DNA of 64,000 nt from an uncultured Actinomycetes bacterium (GCA_963796265.1 CAWCLA010000004.1:5873-69872); one strand, 5' to 3'. Shown: positions 37,408 to 46,654, numbered from the stretch's first letter. Made by a program: numbers and translations. The notes: generated by a model not told the origin, from the sequence alone.

Positions 37408-38298
37408 TCATCGCGACCCGGCGAGGCCCGCGACGGCACGTTCGAGCGCCGGCTCGACCGGGGACGCGCGGTAGCCGAGCTCGCGTTCCGCCTTGGCGGA
37501 GGAGAACCAGGCCGGCAATCGCGCGAGCAGCACCTCCTGCCTGTTCGCGATCCCGAGCCGCGCCAGCAGCGCCGCGGCGCCGTACGGAAGCTGGAGGCGC
37601 GGCGGGCGGCGGCCGGCGGCGCGTGCGATTAGCGCGAACGCCTCCGCGAGGGTGACGTCTGCGCCACCGAGGAGGTACCGCTCGCCGGCGCGTCCCCGTT
37701 CGAGAGCGAGGACATGGCCTAGCGCTACGTCTCGCACGTCCACCAGGTTGAGCCCGGCCCCGCGGAGCGAGGCACGGAAGCGGCCCGAGGCGACGCCTCG
37801 CACCATCGCTCCCGTCGGAGTCGGCGCGGCGTCCCCCTCGCCCACCGGCGTCGTCGGGTTGACGCAGAGCGCGTCGAGCCCCTCGGTGGCCGCCGCGAGC
37901 ACGAGCCGCTCGGCCTCGACCTTCGTCCGCTTGTACGGGACGGCGAGCTCCCACTCGGGCGGCCCGTCCTTCTCCGTAGCCTGACGCCCCGGCACGGGGC
38001 CGCACGTCGCGCACGAGCTCGTGTGGACGAGCCGTCGCACGCCCGCCGCGCGGCACGCCTCGATCACGTTCGCCGTTCCTCCGACGTTCACCGCCTCGAT
38101 CTCGGCCGCGGGTGCCGTGAAGGAGTAGAGCGCGGCGACGTGGCAGACCGCCTCCGTCCCGCGAAACGCGCGCACGAGCCCGGCGCGGTCGCGAACGTCG
38201 ACGAACTCGTGGGCGACCTCGTGCCCGGCCTCCTCGAGCTCGCGCACGACGTGACCGCCTATGAACCCCAGCCCGCCGCCGGTGACGAAGACGCGCAC
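37408..38298 (-). CDS. NAD-dependent epimerase/dehydratase family protein (SDR, HpnA/dihydroflavonol-reductase-like)
   Basis: VFVTGGGLGFIGGHV Rossmann motif, YKRTK (YxxxK) and DVRDVA. Confidence 0.85.
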   Translation of the reverse strand: MRVFVTGGGLGFIGGHVVRELEEAGHEVAHEFVDVRDRAGLVRAFRGTEAVCHVAALYSFTAPAAEIEAVNVGGTANVIEACRAAGVRRLVHTSSCATCGPVPGRQATEKDGPPEWELAVPYKRTKVEAERLVLAAATEGLDALCVNPTTPVGEGDAAPTPTGAMVRGVASGRFRASLRGAGLNLVDVRDVALGHVLALERGRAGERYLLGGADVTLAEAFALIARAAGRRPPRLQLPYGAAALLARLGIANRQEVLLARLPAWFSSAKAERELGYRASPVEPALERAVAGLAGSR

Positions 38299-38354
38299 AC
38301 GGCGATTGTCGCTCCTGCGGGTCCGACCGACCGTCCGCCTAGCCTCCCTCCCCG

Positions 38355-38699
38355 ATGCTGAGAGAGGAACTGGGGCGCCTTCTCAACTGGAGCGAGCGTC
38401 ACCGCCGACTGGTCGCGCGTGTGATGATCGCCTTCTGCCTTTCGGTGGCCGTGGACCTCGCCGGCGGGTCGGCGATGTGGGCGCTTGAAAGCGGCCGGCA
38501 AGGGAGTGACATCCACGGCTTCGCGGATGCCCTCTTCTTCTCGACCGTGCAGATCCTGACCGTCTCGTCGTCGCTGAAGAACCCGATCACAAGCGGAGGC
38601 GAGATCGTGGACGTCGCTCTCGAGCTGTGGGCGATCTTCGTCGTCACGGCGATCGCGGGCTCGTTCGCCTCCTTCTTCAGGACCGGCGACCAGCCCTAG
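38355..38699 (+). CDS. Minimal two-TM ion-channel-like protein (Ion_trans_2-like) with a non-canonical filter
   Basis: TM1 VARVMIAFCLSVAVDLAGG, pore-helix-like FADALFFSTVQILTVSSSL, TM2 VALELWAIFVVTAIAGSFASFF. Confidence 0.55.
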   Translation: MLREELGRLLNWSERHRRLVARVMIAFCLSVAVDLAGGSAMWALESGRQGSDIHGFADALFFSTVQILTVSSSLKNPITSGGEIVDVALELWAIFVVTAIAGSFASFFRTGDQP

Positions 38700-38739
38700 C
38701 ACCGAGCAAGCGCAGCATGACGACGGCCGACGACGAAGA

Positions 38740-38810
38740 AGGCGCCTACCGGAGTCGAACCGGTGTACTGGGTTTTGCAGACCCATGCCTAACCACTCGG
38801 CCAAGGCGCC
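38740..38810 (-). tRNA. tRNA-Cys (anticodon GCA)
   Basis: The reverse complement GGCGCCTTGGCCGAGTGGTTAGGCATGGGTCTGCAAAACCCAGTACACCGGTTCGACTCCGGTAGGCGCC folds as a cloverleaf. Acceptor stem GGCGCCT/AGGCGCC, anticodon loop CTGCAAA, T-loop GGTTCGACTCC. CCA is not encoded. Confidence 0.9.
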
Positions 38811-38845
38811 GCGCGCGGGCCATGGTATCCGGGGGCGCGAGGAGG

Positions 38846-39862
38846 CTAGGCGGCGGCGCCGGCAAGCTCGGGGATGATCTCGTCGCCGAACGCCTGCAAC
38901 GTCTCCTCCTGCCCGTGGGTCATGAGGTAGATGTTGAACTGGTCGACGCCGACTCCGGCGAGCTCCTGCAGCTTCGCCTTCGCCTGCTCCGGCGTCCCGA
39001 GCACGCAGAAGCGGTCGCAGATCTCGTCGGTCACGAACTCGCCGTGCTTCGCGCCTACGCGCGAGTGCTCGTCGTAGTCGTAGAACTTCCGCACCTTGAC
39101 GTAGTCGGTAAGCGCCGTCGGGACGGAGCTGCCGTCGGCGCCGTAGCGCTCGATCAGGTCCAGGACGTGGTTCGACACCATCGCCGGGAACCACCGCACC
39201 TGCTCGCGGGCGTCGGCGAGATCGCCGGAGATGTGGGCCGGCGCACCGACGATGCACTTGAGCTGCGACGGGTCGCGACCCGCCTCCTCGGCGGCGCGGC
39301 GCGCCGTGTCCATGATCCACTGGATGATCTCCGGGTCGGCGAGCTGGACGATCACGCCGTCGGCGACGCGTCCCGCGACGGCGAGTGCCTTCGGCCCGTA
39401 GCCGGCGATCCACATCGGGATGCGCGGCAGCTCCGGTCGCACCCACTTGAGCTGGAGCTGCTTGTCGTTCCACTCCACCTCGTCTCCGTTCATGAACTCG
39501 CGCACCATCGCGCACGCGCGCTCGAACTCCGCGACCTTCATCGGCTGCCGGCCGACGTAGCGGACCGCCGAGTCGCCGCGGCCGATGCCCATCGCCATCC
39601 GACCGTCCGACAGGTCGTGGAGCGTCGCGTACGCGCTCGCGAGCACGGTCGGGTCGCGGGTCGCCGGGTTCGTGACGAAGTGTCCGAGTCTGATCGTCGA
39701 CGTCTCGCGCGCCGCGACCGCGAGCATCGGCACCGACTCCTGCCAGAGCACGTGCGAGTCGTAGGTCCAGGCGTAGCCGAAGCCGTGCCGCTCGGCGAGC
39801 TGGATCAGCTCGAGCCAGCGCGAGATCGGAGGATCCGGCAGGACGGTGACGCCGAAGTCCAT
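38846..39862 (-). CDS. LLM-class F420-dependent (luciferase-like) oxidoreductase
   Basis: 338 aa from the internal ATG: MDFGVTVLPDPP..GYAWTYDSHVLW..LGHFVTNPATRDP..MAMGIGRGDSAV..MWIAGYGPKAL. Confidence 0.85.
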   Translation of the reverse strand: MDFGVTVLPDPPISRWLELIQLAERHGFGYAWTYDSHVLWQESVPMLAVAARETSTIRLGHFVTNPATRDPTVLASAYATLHDLSDGRMAMGIGRGDSAVRYVGRQPMKVAEFERACAMVREFMNGDEVEWNDKQLQLKWVRPELPRIPMWIAGYGPKALAVAGRVADGVIVQLADPEIIQWIMDTARRAAEEAGRDPSQLKCIVGAPAHISGDLADAREQVRWFPAMVSNHVLDLIERYGADGSSVPTALTDYVKVRKFYDYDEHSRVGAKHGEFVTDEICDRFCVLGTPEQAKAKLQELAGVGVDQFNIYLMTHGQEETLQAFGDEIIPELAGAAA

Positions 39863-39873
39863 CGCCCCAGACA

Positions 39874-41004
39874 CTAACGCGGCGTCGCGAGCGAGGCCAG
39901 CACGGCGAGCGCGCCGAGGACGACGAAGCCGATCCTCCCGTCGCCGGGCAGCGAGAACGTGAGGCCCACGAGTGGCGTCCCCACGACGACCGTCAGTGCC
40001 GCCCACGCGTTGACGAACCCGACGGCCGCGCCCGGAGTGTCCGGTCGCGCGACGGCCGCCCCGGTGAACGCGCGTGCGAAGGGGACGCCGGCGGCGAGGC
40101 CGAGGACGGTGGCCGCCGCGACGTAGCCGGCGAGCGGGAGCGGCAGCGCGAGCACGATCCCGGCGGCACCGCCGACGACGAGACTCCCCGCCACGAGCCG
40201 GCTCGCGTGCTCGCGCCGCAGCATCGCGCCCCCCGCGATCCGCGTGCAGAAACCGAGCAGCAGCGTGAGCGAACCCACGGCCGCCGCGGCCTCCTTCGAC
40301 TGGCCGTGGCGCTCGAGCAGGGTGACGACCCAGTTGCCCACGATCACGCTGAAGCCGAACGAGAACGAGTGGATCACCGCCAGGCGGTAGAGACGCGAGT
40401 CGCGGACGAAGCTCCAGTCGAGCCGTTCGCTCGCGTGCCGCAGCCTCCGCGGCGCGTCCGGCGCCAGCGCGAGCAGCAGCCCGGCGAGGAGGACGACCAC
40501 GATCGTCGAGAGGTACGGCGCGCGGAAGCCCGTCCATCTCGCGAAGCCGGGGATCAGGGCGACCGCGACACCGGGAGTCAGCACGGACGAGCCGCCGTAG
40601 ACGCCCTGCAGCGTCGGCGAGCCGCCGTGCGCGCGGATGTAGTCCGAGCCGCCGATGAAGGCGAGGCCCGTCCCGACACCGACGATCGCCCGGCCCAGAA
40701 AGCCGAGCGCGGGGTCCGCGGCGGGAAGCGCGACCGCGTTGCCGAGCACGAGGAACGCGAGCCCGAGCGCGGTGCTCCGGCGCGCGCCCCAGCGGTCGGC
40801 GGCGCGCCCGCCGGGGATCTGCATCACCATGTGCAACAGGAACTGGACGGTGACGAAGAGGCCGATCGTCGCGAGCCCGACCCCGTACGCGTGGCTCTCC
40901 CGCGTCGCGACCGGACCGAGCGCGGCGAGGTTCCAGCCGGCGGCCGCGCCGATCGCGAGCCCGCCCGCGGTCGCGCGGGCGCCGATCCCGTCCTCCCTGG
41001 CCAC
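39874..41004 (-). CDS. MFS transporter
   Basis: 376 aa with about 11-12 hydrophobic segments and a GGRAADRWGARR loop. Confidence 0.8.
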   Translation of the reverse strand: MAREDGIGARATAGGLAIGAAAGWNLAALGPVATRESHAYGVGLATIGLFVTVQFLLHMVMQIPGGRAADRWGARRSTALGLAFLVLGNAVALPAADPALGFLGRAIVGVGTGLAFIGGSDYIRAHGGSPTLQGVYGGSSVLTPGVAVALIPGFARWTGFRAPYLSTIVVVLLAGLLLALAPDAPRRLRHASERLDWSFVRDSRLYRLAVIHSFSFGFSVIVGNWVVTLLERHGQSKEAAAAVGSLTLLLGFCTRIAGGAMLRREHASRLVAGSLVVGGAAGIVLALPLPLAGYVAAATVLGLAAGVPFARAFTGAAVARPDTPGAAVGFVNAWAALTVVVGTPLVGLTFSLPGDGRIGFVVLGALAVLASLATPR

Positions 41005-41014
41005 TGGGGCGAGC

Positions 41015-41422
41015 CTACGGCGCGACGAGCTCGTGACTGCCGGCGACCAGCTCGCGGACGAGCTCGTCCGGCACGCCGCCGCCGCAGGTGATCGTGAGCC
41101 AGTGGCGCTTGTTCAGGTGGTAGCCGGGCTCGATCTCGTCGTACGTCCCGCGCAACTCGAGGCCGAGCTCCGGCTCGCACTTCACGCTCACCTCGAGCGG
41201 CTTCCGCTTCAGCTGGGCGAGCGCGAACATCTTCCCGCCCGCCTTGAAGACGGAGGTCTCTGGACCGAAGGGGAACTCCTCTCGCGCGCCCGGCTGCGCG
41301 AGACAGAAGCGCCGCAGCGCGGCCGCGGTCAGATCCGTTCGAGCACGACGACGGGGATCTGGCGCTCCGTCCGCGCCGCGTACTCGTCGTAGTGCGGCCA
41401 GATCTCGGCCATGTGCCGCCAC
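41015..41422 (-). CDS. MmcQ/YjbR-family protein
   Basis: LRRFCLAQPGAREEFPFGPETSVFKAGGKMFA..GYHLNKRHWLTI. The start is uncertain. The longest ORF (GTG at 41422) overlaps the upstream gene by 94 nt. A CTG at 41332 would give a 4-nt CTGA overlap. Confidence 0.6.
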   Translation of the reverse strand: MAAHGRDLAALRRVRGADGAPDPRRRARTDLTAAALRRFCLAQPGAREEFPFGPETSVFKAGGKMFALAQLKRKPLEVSVKCEPELGLELRGTYDEIEPGYHLNKRHWLTITCGGGVPDELVRELVAGSHELVAP

Positions 41423-41757
41423 AGCCGCTCCCGCTCCTCGCCCTCGGCGACGCGGGCGCGGACCTGCCAGCGGTCGCCCATGACCTGGATCTCGGCTTCG
41501 GGGCTCTGGCGCAGGTTACGGTACCAGCCGGGATGCTTCGGCGCCCCGCCCTTCGAGGCGACGAGCACGACCGCGTCGCCGTCGCGGCCGAAGATGAGCG
41601 GATTCGTCCGCTGCTCGCCGGTCGTGCGTCCTCTCGTGAAGAGGATCGCGATCGGCGCGTCTTCCTTCCAGCGGTACCCGACCTCGCCGTTCGTCTCGAG
41701 ATAGCTGCGGACGTGCTCGTCCCCGAAGAGGTGGGCGGCGGATTCCAGCGTGCTCAT
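41329..41757 (-). CDS. Deazaflavin (F420H2)-dependent nitroreductase-family protein (DDN/PNPOx-like)
   Basis: RTTGEQRTNPLIFGRDGDAVVLVASKGGAPKHPGWYRNL..ERERLW..WPHYDEYAARTERQIPVVVLE. The ATG overlaps the upstream stop (ATGA). Confidence 0.85.
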   Translation of the reverse strand: MSTLESAAHLFGDEHVRSYLETNGEVGYRWKEDAPIAILFTRGRTTGEQRTNPLIFGRDGDAVVLVASKGGAPKHPGWYRNLRQSPEAEIQVMGDRWQVRARVAEGEERERLWRHMAEIWPHYDEYAARTERQIPVVVLERI

Positions 41758-42989
41758 GCGAATGCCTCCAGTGCTTTCGACGCCAACCGGTCGAGGGCCC
41801 TCACCGAGAGCTCGACGTGCTCCTCCCTCGTGTCCTCGACCTTCGTGTGCGAGAGCCCCCGCAGGGACTGAACGAAGAGCATCACCGTCGGGACTCCGGC
41901 GCGCGCCACCTCGGCGGCGTCGTGGAGCGGCCCGGACGGCAGCCGGTGCGACGCGCCCGCGACCTCGCGCACCGCCTCGTCCGCGAGCTCGATCAGCCGC
42001 TCGTCGAACGGGATGGGCTCGATGCTCCAGAGCCGCTCCCACTCGACCTCGACGTCCTCCTCACGGGCGAACCGCTCGCTCGCCTTCCGCGCGAGCTCGA
42101 GCATGCGGGCGAGCTTCGCGGCGTCGAGGTGCCGCTGGTCGAGGAGCTGCTCGGCCGTCTCGACGACGGAGGTGACGATGCCCGGCCGGCAGACGACGCC
42201 GCCCGACGTGCAGACCGCGCCGTCCCCCACCTCCGCGGCGATCGGCCGGATCTCGAGCGCGAGCTTCGCCGCGCCGGCGAGCGCGTCGCGGCGACTGTCC
42301 ATCGGCGTCGAGCCGGAGTGCGCCGCCTGGCCGCGCCACGTGACGAGGTGGCGCTCGACACCGAAGGTGCCGAGGACGACGCCGACCGGCAGGTCGAGCG
42401 ACTCGAGCACCGGGCCCTGCTCGATGTGGAGCTCGAGGTACGCGGCCGCGGTCTCGAGCTGCGCCTGGGCATCGAGCGCGCGATCGAGGTCGACTCCGTG
42501 CTCGGCGAGCGCGTCCGGAAGCGCGATGCCCTCGGGGTCGCGGCGCTCGCGCAACTCGTCCTGGTCCGCCATCGAGCCGGCGGCGGCCGAGGAGCCGAAG
42601 AGCGACCGGCCGAAGCGCGCGCCCTCCTCGTCGGCCCAGTCGACAAGCCGCACGGTCAGCGGCGGCGTCCCCTCTGCCGCGACCCGGCGCAGCACCTCGA
42701 CGCCGGCGAGCACGTCGAGGCAGCCGTCGAGCCAGCCGCCGTTCGGCACCGAGTCCATGTGGCCGCCGATCAGGAGCGCGCGGGGCGAAGCCCCCGGCAG
42801 CGTGAACCACTGGTTGCCGGCCTCGTCGATCTCGTGCGCGGCGCCCGTCGGGGCGACCTTCTCGCGCAGCCACGCGCGCGCCTGCTCCCAGGTCTCGGTC
42901 CACGCGACGCGCTGGGCCCCGTTCTCGTCGCCGGTCAGCGCGGCGAGCTCCCTCAGCTCGGCGACGGTACGTGCGGGATCGAGCGGCAC
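41754..42989 (-). CDS. M20-family Zn amidohydrolase (N-carbamoyl-amino-acid, beta-ureidopropionase or allantoate amidohydrolase type)
   Basis: LLIGGHMDSVPNGGWLDG, WADEEGARFG, QAAHSGSTPM and GPLHDA. Confidence 0.88.
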   Translation of the reverse strand: MPLDPARTVAELRELAALTGDENGAQRVAWTETWEQARAWLREKVAPTGAAHEIDEAGNQWFTLPGASPRALLIGGHMDSVPNGGWLDGCLDVLAGVEVLRRVAAEGTPPLTVRLVDWADEEGARFGRSLFGSSAAAGSMADQDELRERRDPEGIALPDALAEHGVDLDRALDAQAQLETAAAYLELHIEQGPVLESLDLPVGVVLGTFGVERHLVTWRGQAAHSGSTPMDSRRDALAGAAKLALEIRPIAAEVGDGAVCTSGGVVCRPGIVTSVVETAEQLLDQRHLDAAKLARMLELARKASERFAREEDVEVEWERLWSIEPIPFDERLIELADEAVREVAGASHRLPSGPLHDAAEVARAGVPTVMLFVQSLRGLSHTKVEDTREEHVELSVRALDRLASKALEAFA

Positions 42990-43027
42990 GGTTCTGACTC
43001 TACAAAGCGCCGCGATACAGTCCCGCC

Positions 43028-44437
43028 ATGTCGCTGCTGATCAGGGGCGGCCGGATCGTCACCGCCGCCGACGACTACGTCGCGGACGTCCTCGTCGAGG
43101 GCGAGCGGATCTCCCTGATCGGCGCCGATCTCGACGTCGCCGCCGAGCGGACGATCGACGCGAGCGGCAGGTACGTCCTGCCGGGCTGCATCGATCCGCA
43201 CACGCATCTCGACATGCCGTTCGGCGGCACGGTCACGATCGACGACTTCGAGTCGGGCCAGGGGTCGGCGGCCTGCGGCGGCACCACGTGCCACGTCGAC
43301 TTCTGCATCCAGGGACAGGGCCAGACGTTCGCGCAGGCGCTCGAGACGTGGCACGCGAAGGCGAACGGCAAGGCTTTGATCGACTACGGGTTCCACATCG
43401 CGATCACCGACCTCGCCGACGAGGAACGCCTCGACGAGCTCGCGACGCTGCCCGAGCAGGGCATCACGTCGTACAAGCTGTTCATGGCGTACAAGAACGT
43501 CCTGCAGGTCGACGACGAGACGCTCTTCCGCGCGATGGAGACGGCCGCGGCGAGCGGCGCGCTCGTGATGGTGCATGCGGAGAACGGGGACGCCATCGAC
43601 GTCCTCGTCCGCGAGGCGCTCGCGCGCGGCGACACCGCCCCGATCAACCATGCCCTCACGCGGCCCCCGGAGCTCGAGGGCGAGGCGACGAACCGCGCCA
43701 TCCAGCTCGCCCGGATCGCGGGCAGCCCCCTCTACGTCGTCCACGTCACCTGCCGGGAGGCGGTCGAGCCGATCCGCCGCGCCCGCGAGCAGGGCTGGAG
43801 CGTCTGGGGCGAGACGTGCACGCAGTACCTCTTCCGGTCGATCGACGACCTCGGGCTGCCCGGCTTCGAGGGTGCGAAGTACGTCTACTCGCCGCCCGCG
43901 CGCGATGCCGCGAACCACGACGTCCTGTGGGACGCGGTGCGGACCGACGCGCTGTCGGCGATCTCGACCGACCACTGCTCGTTCCTCTGGGACGGGCAGA
44001 AGACGCTCGGCCGAGACGACTTCACGAAGATCCCGAACGGCGGCCCCGGCCTCGAGGACAGGCTGAAGATGGTCCACCACTTCGGCGTTCGCGAGGGACG
44101 GATCAGCCTCAACCGCATGGTCGACCTGCTCGCGACGCAACCGGCGAAGCTGTTCGGCCTCTACCCCCGCAAGGGGACGGTCACGGTCGGCGCCGACGCC
44201 GATCTCGTCGTCTTCGACCCGGAGCGGCGGGAGACGCTCTCGGCGTCGACCCACCATTCGAGATGCGACTACAACCTCTACGAGGGCACCGAGGTGGTCG
44301 GCGCGCCCGAGCACGTCCTCCTGCGCGGCTCGCTCCTCGTAGAGGACGGCGAGCTGGCGGCGACGCCCGGCAGCGGGCGGTTCGTGCGGCGGGCGCGGTT
44401 CGGCGAGCCGCTCGCCGTCGAGGCGATTCACACGTAG
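43028..44437 (+). CDS. Dihydropyrimidinase / D-hydantoinase
   Basis: PGCIDPHTHLDMPFGG, SYKLFMAYK (carboxylated Lys), VHAENGD and STDHC. Confidence 0.92.
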   Translation: MSLLIRGGRIVTAADDYVADVLVEGERISLIGADLDVAAERTIDASGRYVLPGCIDPHTHLDMPFGGTVTIDDFESGQGSAACGGTTCHVDFCIQGQGQTFAQALETWHAKANGKALIDYGFHIAITDLADEERLDELATLPEQGITSYKLFMAYKNVLQVDDETLFRAMETAAASGALVMVHAENGDAIDVLVREALARGDTAPINHALTRPPELEGEATNRAIQLARIAGSPLYVVHVTCREAVEPIRRAREQGWSVWGETCTQYLFRSIDDLGLPGFEGAKYVYSPPARDAANHDVLWDAVRTDALSAISTDHCSFLWDGQKTLGRDDFTKIPNGGPGLEDRLKMVHHFGVREGRISLNRMVDLLATQPAKLFGLYPRKGTVTVGADADLVVFDPERRETLSASTHHSRCDYNLYEGTEVVGAPEHVLLRGSLLVEDGELAATPGSGRFVRRARFGEPLAVEAIHT

Positions 44438-44476
44438 CAGGGTTTTACCCCGTTCGAACAGAAGTGGGATAGCCTC

Positions 44477-46654
44477 GTGGCAGTTGTGGGGGACCCGATC
44501 GCAGCGCGCCGCGGGCGCCTTGGGCTGCTCGTTGGCGTCGTCCTGGCGCTCCTGGCGCTCTTGTCAGCGGGCGCATCGAGCGCCGCGACCAGCCGCGCGC
44601 AGGGTCTCGACGTCTCGAACTGGAACGGGACGATCAAATGGTCGAAGGTCGCCGGCGCCGGCTACAGCTTCGCGTTCGGCAAGGCGACGGAGGGCACGAC
44701 CTTCACCGACGCGACGTACACGACGAACCGGAACGGCAGCGAGAACGCGGGGCTCGCCTTCGGCGCGTACCACTTCGCGCGACCCGGGGGCAAGAGCATT
44801 GCCGCCGCCACCCGGAGCGCGATCGCGCAGGCAAACCACTTCCTCGCCGTCGCCGCGCCGCAGCCGGGGGAGCTGCCACCGGTGCTCGACCTCGAGACGA
44901 CGGGAAAGCTCAGCAAGGCCAGGCTTCTGACCTGGACGCTCGCGTGGCTCCAGCAGATCTACGCCAGGACGGGCGTCGAGCCCTTCCTCTACACCTCGCC
45001 GAACTTCTGGAAGGAGAATCTCGGTAACTCCACGGCCGCAGCACAGGCTGGAACCGAGCTCTGGATCGCGCACTGGACGAGTGCCGCACAGCCGACCGTT
45101 CCGGCCCAGAACTGGGACGGAGACGGCTGGACGTTCTGGCAGTGGACGAACTGCCTCTCGGTCCCCGGGATCAAGCACTGTGCCGACGGCGACAGGATGA
45201 ACGGCACGAACCTCGCCCCCGTCGTCATCGAGCCGTACCCGACCGGCCCTCCCCTCCTCTCGGCGCCGCCCACGCTCGTCGGGCCGCCGGAGGCGGGCCA
45301 GCTGCTCGCCGCCGTGCCCGGCACGTGGGAAGGCGGCAAGCCGATCCAGTTCACGTACCAGTGGCGCAGCTGCGACGCGGCCGGCGCCAACTGCACGGCG
45401 ATCTCGGGCGCGACCGCCGAGTCGTACCGGCCCGCGAGCACCGACGTCGGGCACTCGCTCCAGGTCGCTGTGACCGCCGTCTCCAGTGCCGGGAGCGCGA
45501 GCACCGCCACGGCCCCGACCGTCGCGGTCACCCCTGCCGGCACTCCGCCGACCGCCCGGCCGGCCAACCTCGCGCCGCCGACGATCCTCGGTACGGCCCA
45601 GGCCGGACAGCGTCTGAGCGCGAACGCCGGGACGTGGACGGGCTCACCGCAGCAGTTCGCCTACCACTGGCGCCGCTGCGACGCCGGGGGCGCCTCCTGC
45701 GTCGCGATCCCGCACGCGAGGCAGTCGCACCACACGCTCACCCCCGACGACATCGGCGCCACGCTCTCGCTCGTCGTGACGGCCACCGGCACAGGCGGCT
45801 CCGCATCCGTGACCACCGCGGCGACCGACGTGGTCGTCGCCGCGCCTTTGCCGCCGATCTCGACCGGGACGCAGACGGTGACCCGCGGCATCGCGGGGAA
45901 CCTCCAGACCGACGACGGACGCGCCGTCGTCACCTGGCAGCCGGGCGCCGTTCCCGTGGGGAAGACCGTTTCGCTCGACGCCTTCAGCGGCACCCTCACC
46001 CTGCCGGGGAGCGAGGTGTCGCTCACCGTGCCGGGGTTGTCGTCGAAGGGGTTCAAGTGGCCTCTCGACCTCACGTACGTGCAGCCGCAGCCGAGCCGGA
46101 CGGTGCTCGGCTACTCGACCGACGGCAAGGTCTACCACCCGGTGCCGGCACTCAACCCGCCGGAGCTTCCGGCGGGGACGGCCGTCGGCTGGTACGTGGA
46201 CACGGGCAACCTCACGCATGTGCTCACGCGGACGCCGCTCCAGCTCGCCCTGTTCACGCGAGGTGCCTGGGGCGACCCGAGGTACACGTCGGCGAACGGG
46301 CCGAAGCTCAAGACCCGGAGGCCGCTCGAGGTTCTCCCCCACCCGGCCGACCACAGCCTCCTCCTGCTGACGAGGCTCTCGGTGGCCACGCAGGCTCGGC
46401 TCTCGGCGTCGGTGACCGGCCGGGGCCGAAGGGTCGTCGGGATCTTCGGGAAGGGCAGCCGGCTCGGCCCGCGCCTGCGCGCCGGGCGCGGCTACCACGT
46501 CGCGCGCACCTACCGCCCACGGCCCGGCATCCTCATCGTGCGCCTCCGCCTCAACGCGCGTGGCTGGCGGCCGGGCACCTACAGGGTTCGCTTCGTGGCG
46601 ATCGATCCGTGGGGCCGGCGCGGCCGCCTGGCCCTGCGGTTCCGCTACCCCTGA
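44477..46654 (+). CDS. Secreted GH25 muramidase with two Ig-like repeats and a large Arg-rich C-terminal region
   Basis: Signal peptide, then GLDVSNWNGTIKWSKV..FAFGKATEG..GAYHFARP (GH25). Two copies of PP(T)(L/I)xG..G..L.A..GTW.G..Q.F.Y.WR.CDA.GA.C.AI. Confidence 0.85.
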   Translation: MAVVGDPIAARRGRLGLLVGVVLALLALLSAGASSAATSRAQGLDVSNWNGTIKWSKVAGAGYSFAFGKATEGTTFTDATYTTNRNGSENAGLAFGAYHFARPGGKSIAAATRSAIAQANHFLAVAAPQPGELPPVLDLETTGKLSKARLLTWTLAWLQQIYARTGVEPFLYTSPNFWKENLGNSTAAAQAGTELWIAHWTSAAQPTVPAQNWDGDGWTFWQWTNCLSVPGIKHCADGDRMNGTNLAPVVIEPYPTGPPLLSAPPTLVGPPEAGQLLAAVPGTWEGGKPIQFTYQWRSCDAAGANCTAISGATAESYRPASTDVGHSLQVAVTAVSSAGSASTATAPTVAVTPAGTPPTARPANLAPPTILGTAQAGQRLSANAGTWTGSPQQFAYHWRRCDAGGASCVAIPHARQSHHTLTPDDIGATLSLVVTATGTGGSASVTTAATDVVVAAPLPPISTGTQTVTRGIAGNLQTDDGRAVVTWQPGAVPVGKTVSLDAFSGTLTLPGSEVSLTVPGLSSKGFKWPLDLTYVQPQPSRTVLGYSTDGKVYHPVPALNPPELPAGTAVGWYVDTGNLTHVLTRTPLQLALFTRGAWGDPRYTSANGPKLKTRRPLEVLPHPADHSLLLLTRLSVATQARLSASVTGRGRRVVGIFGKGSRLGPRLRAGRGYHVARTYRPRPGILIVRLRLNARGWRPGTYRVRFVAIDPWGRRGRLALRFRYP

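Noticed and set aside
38700-38845. A genomic island or prophage integration at tRNA-Cys.
   Set aside because: I saw no integrase or recombinase gene, no partial duplication of the tRNA 3' end and no phage-like genes on either side. The neighbours are ordinary metabolic and membrane genes.
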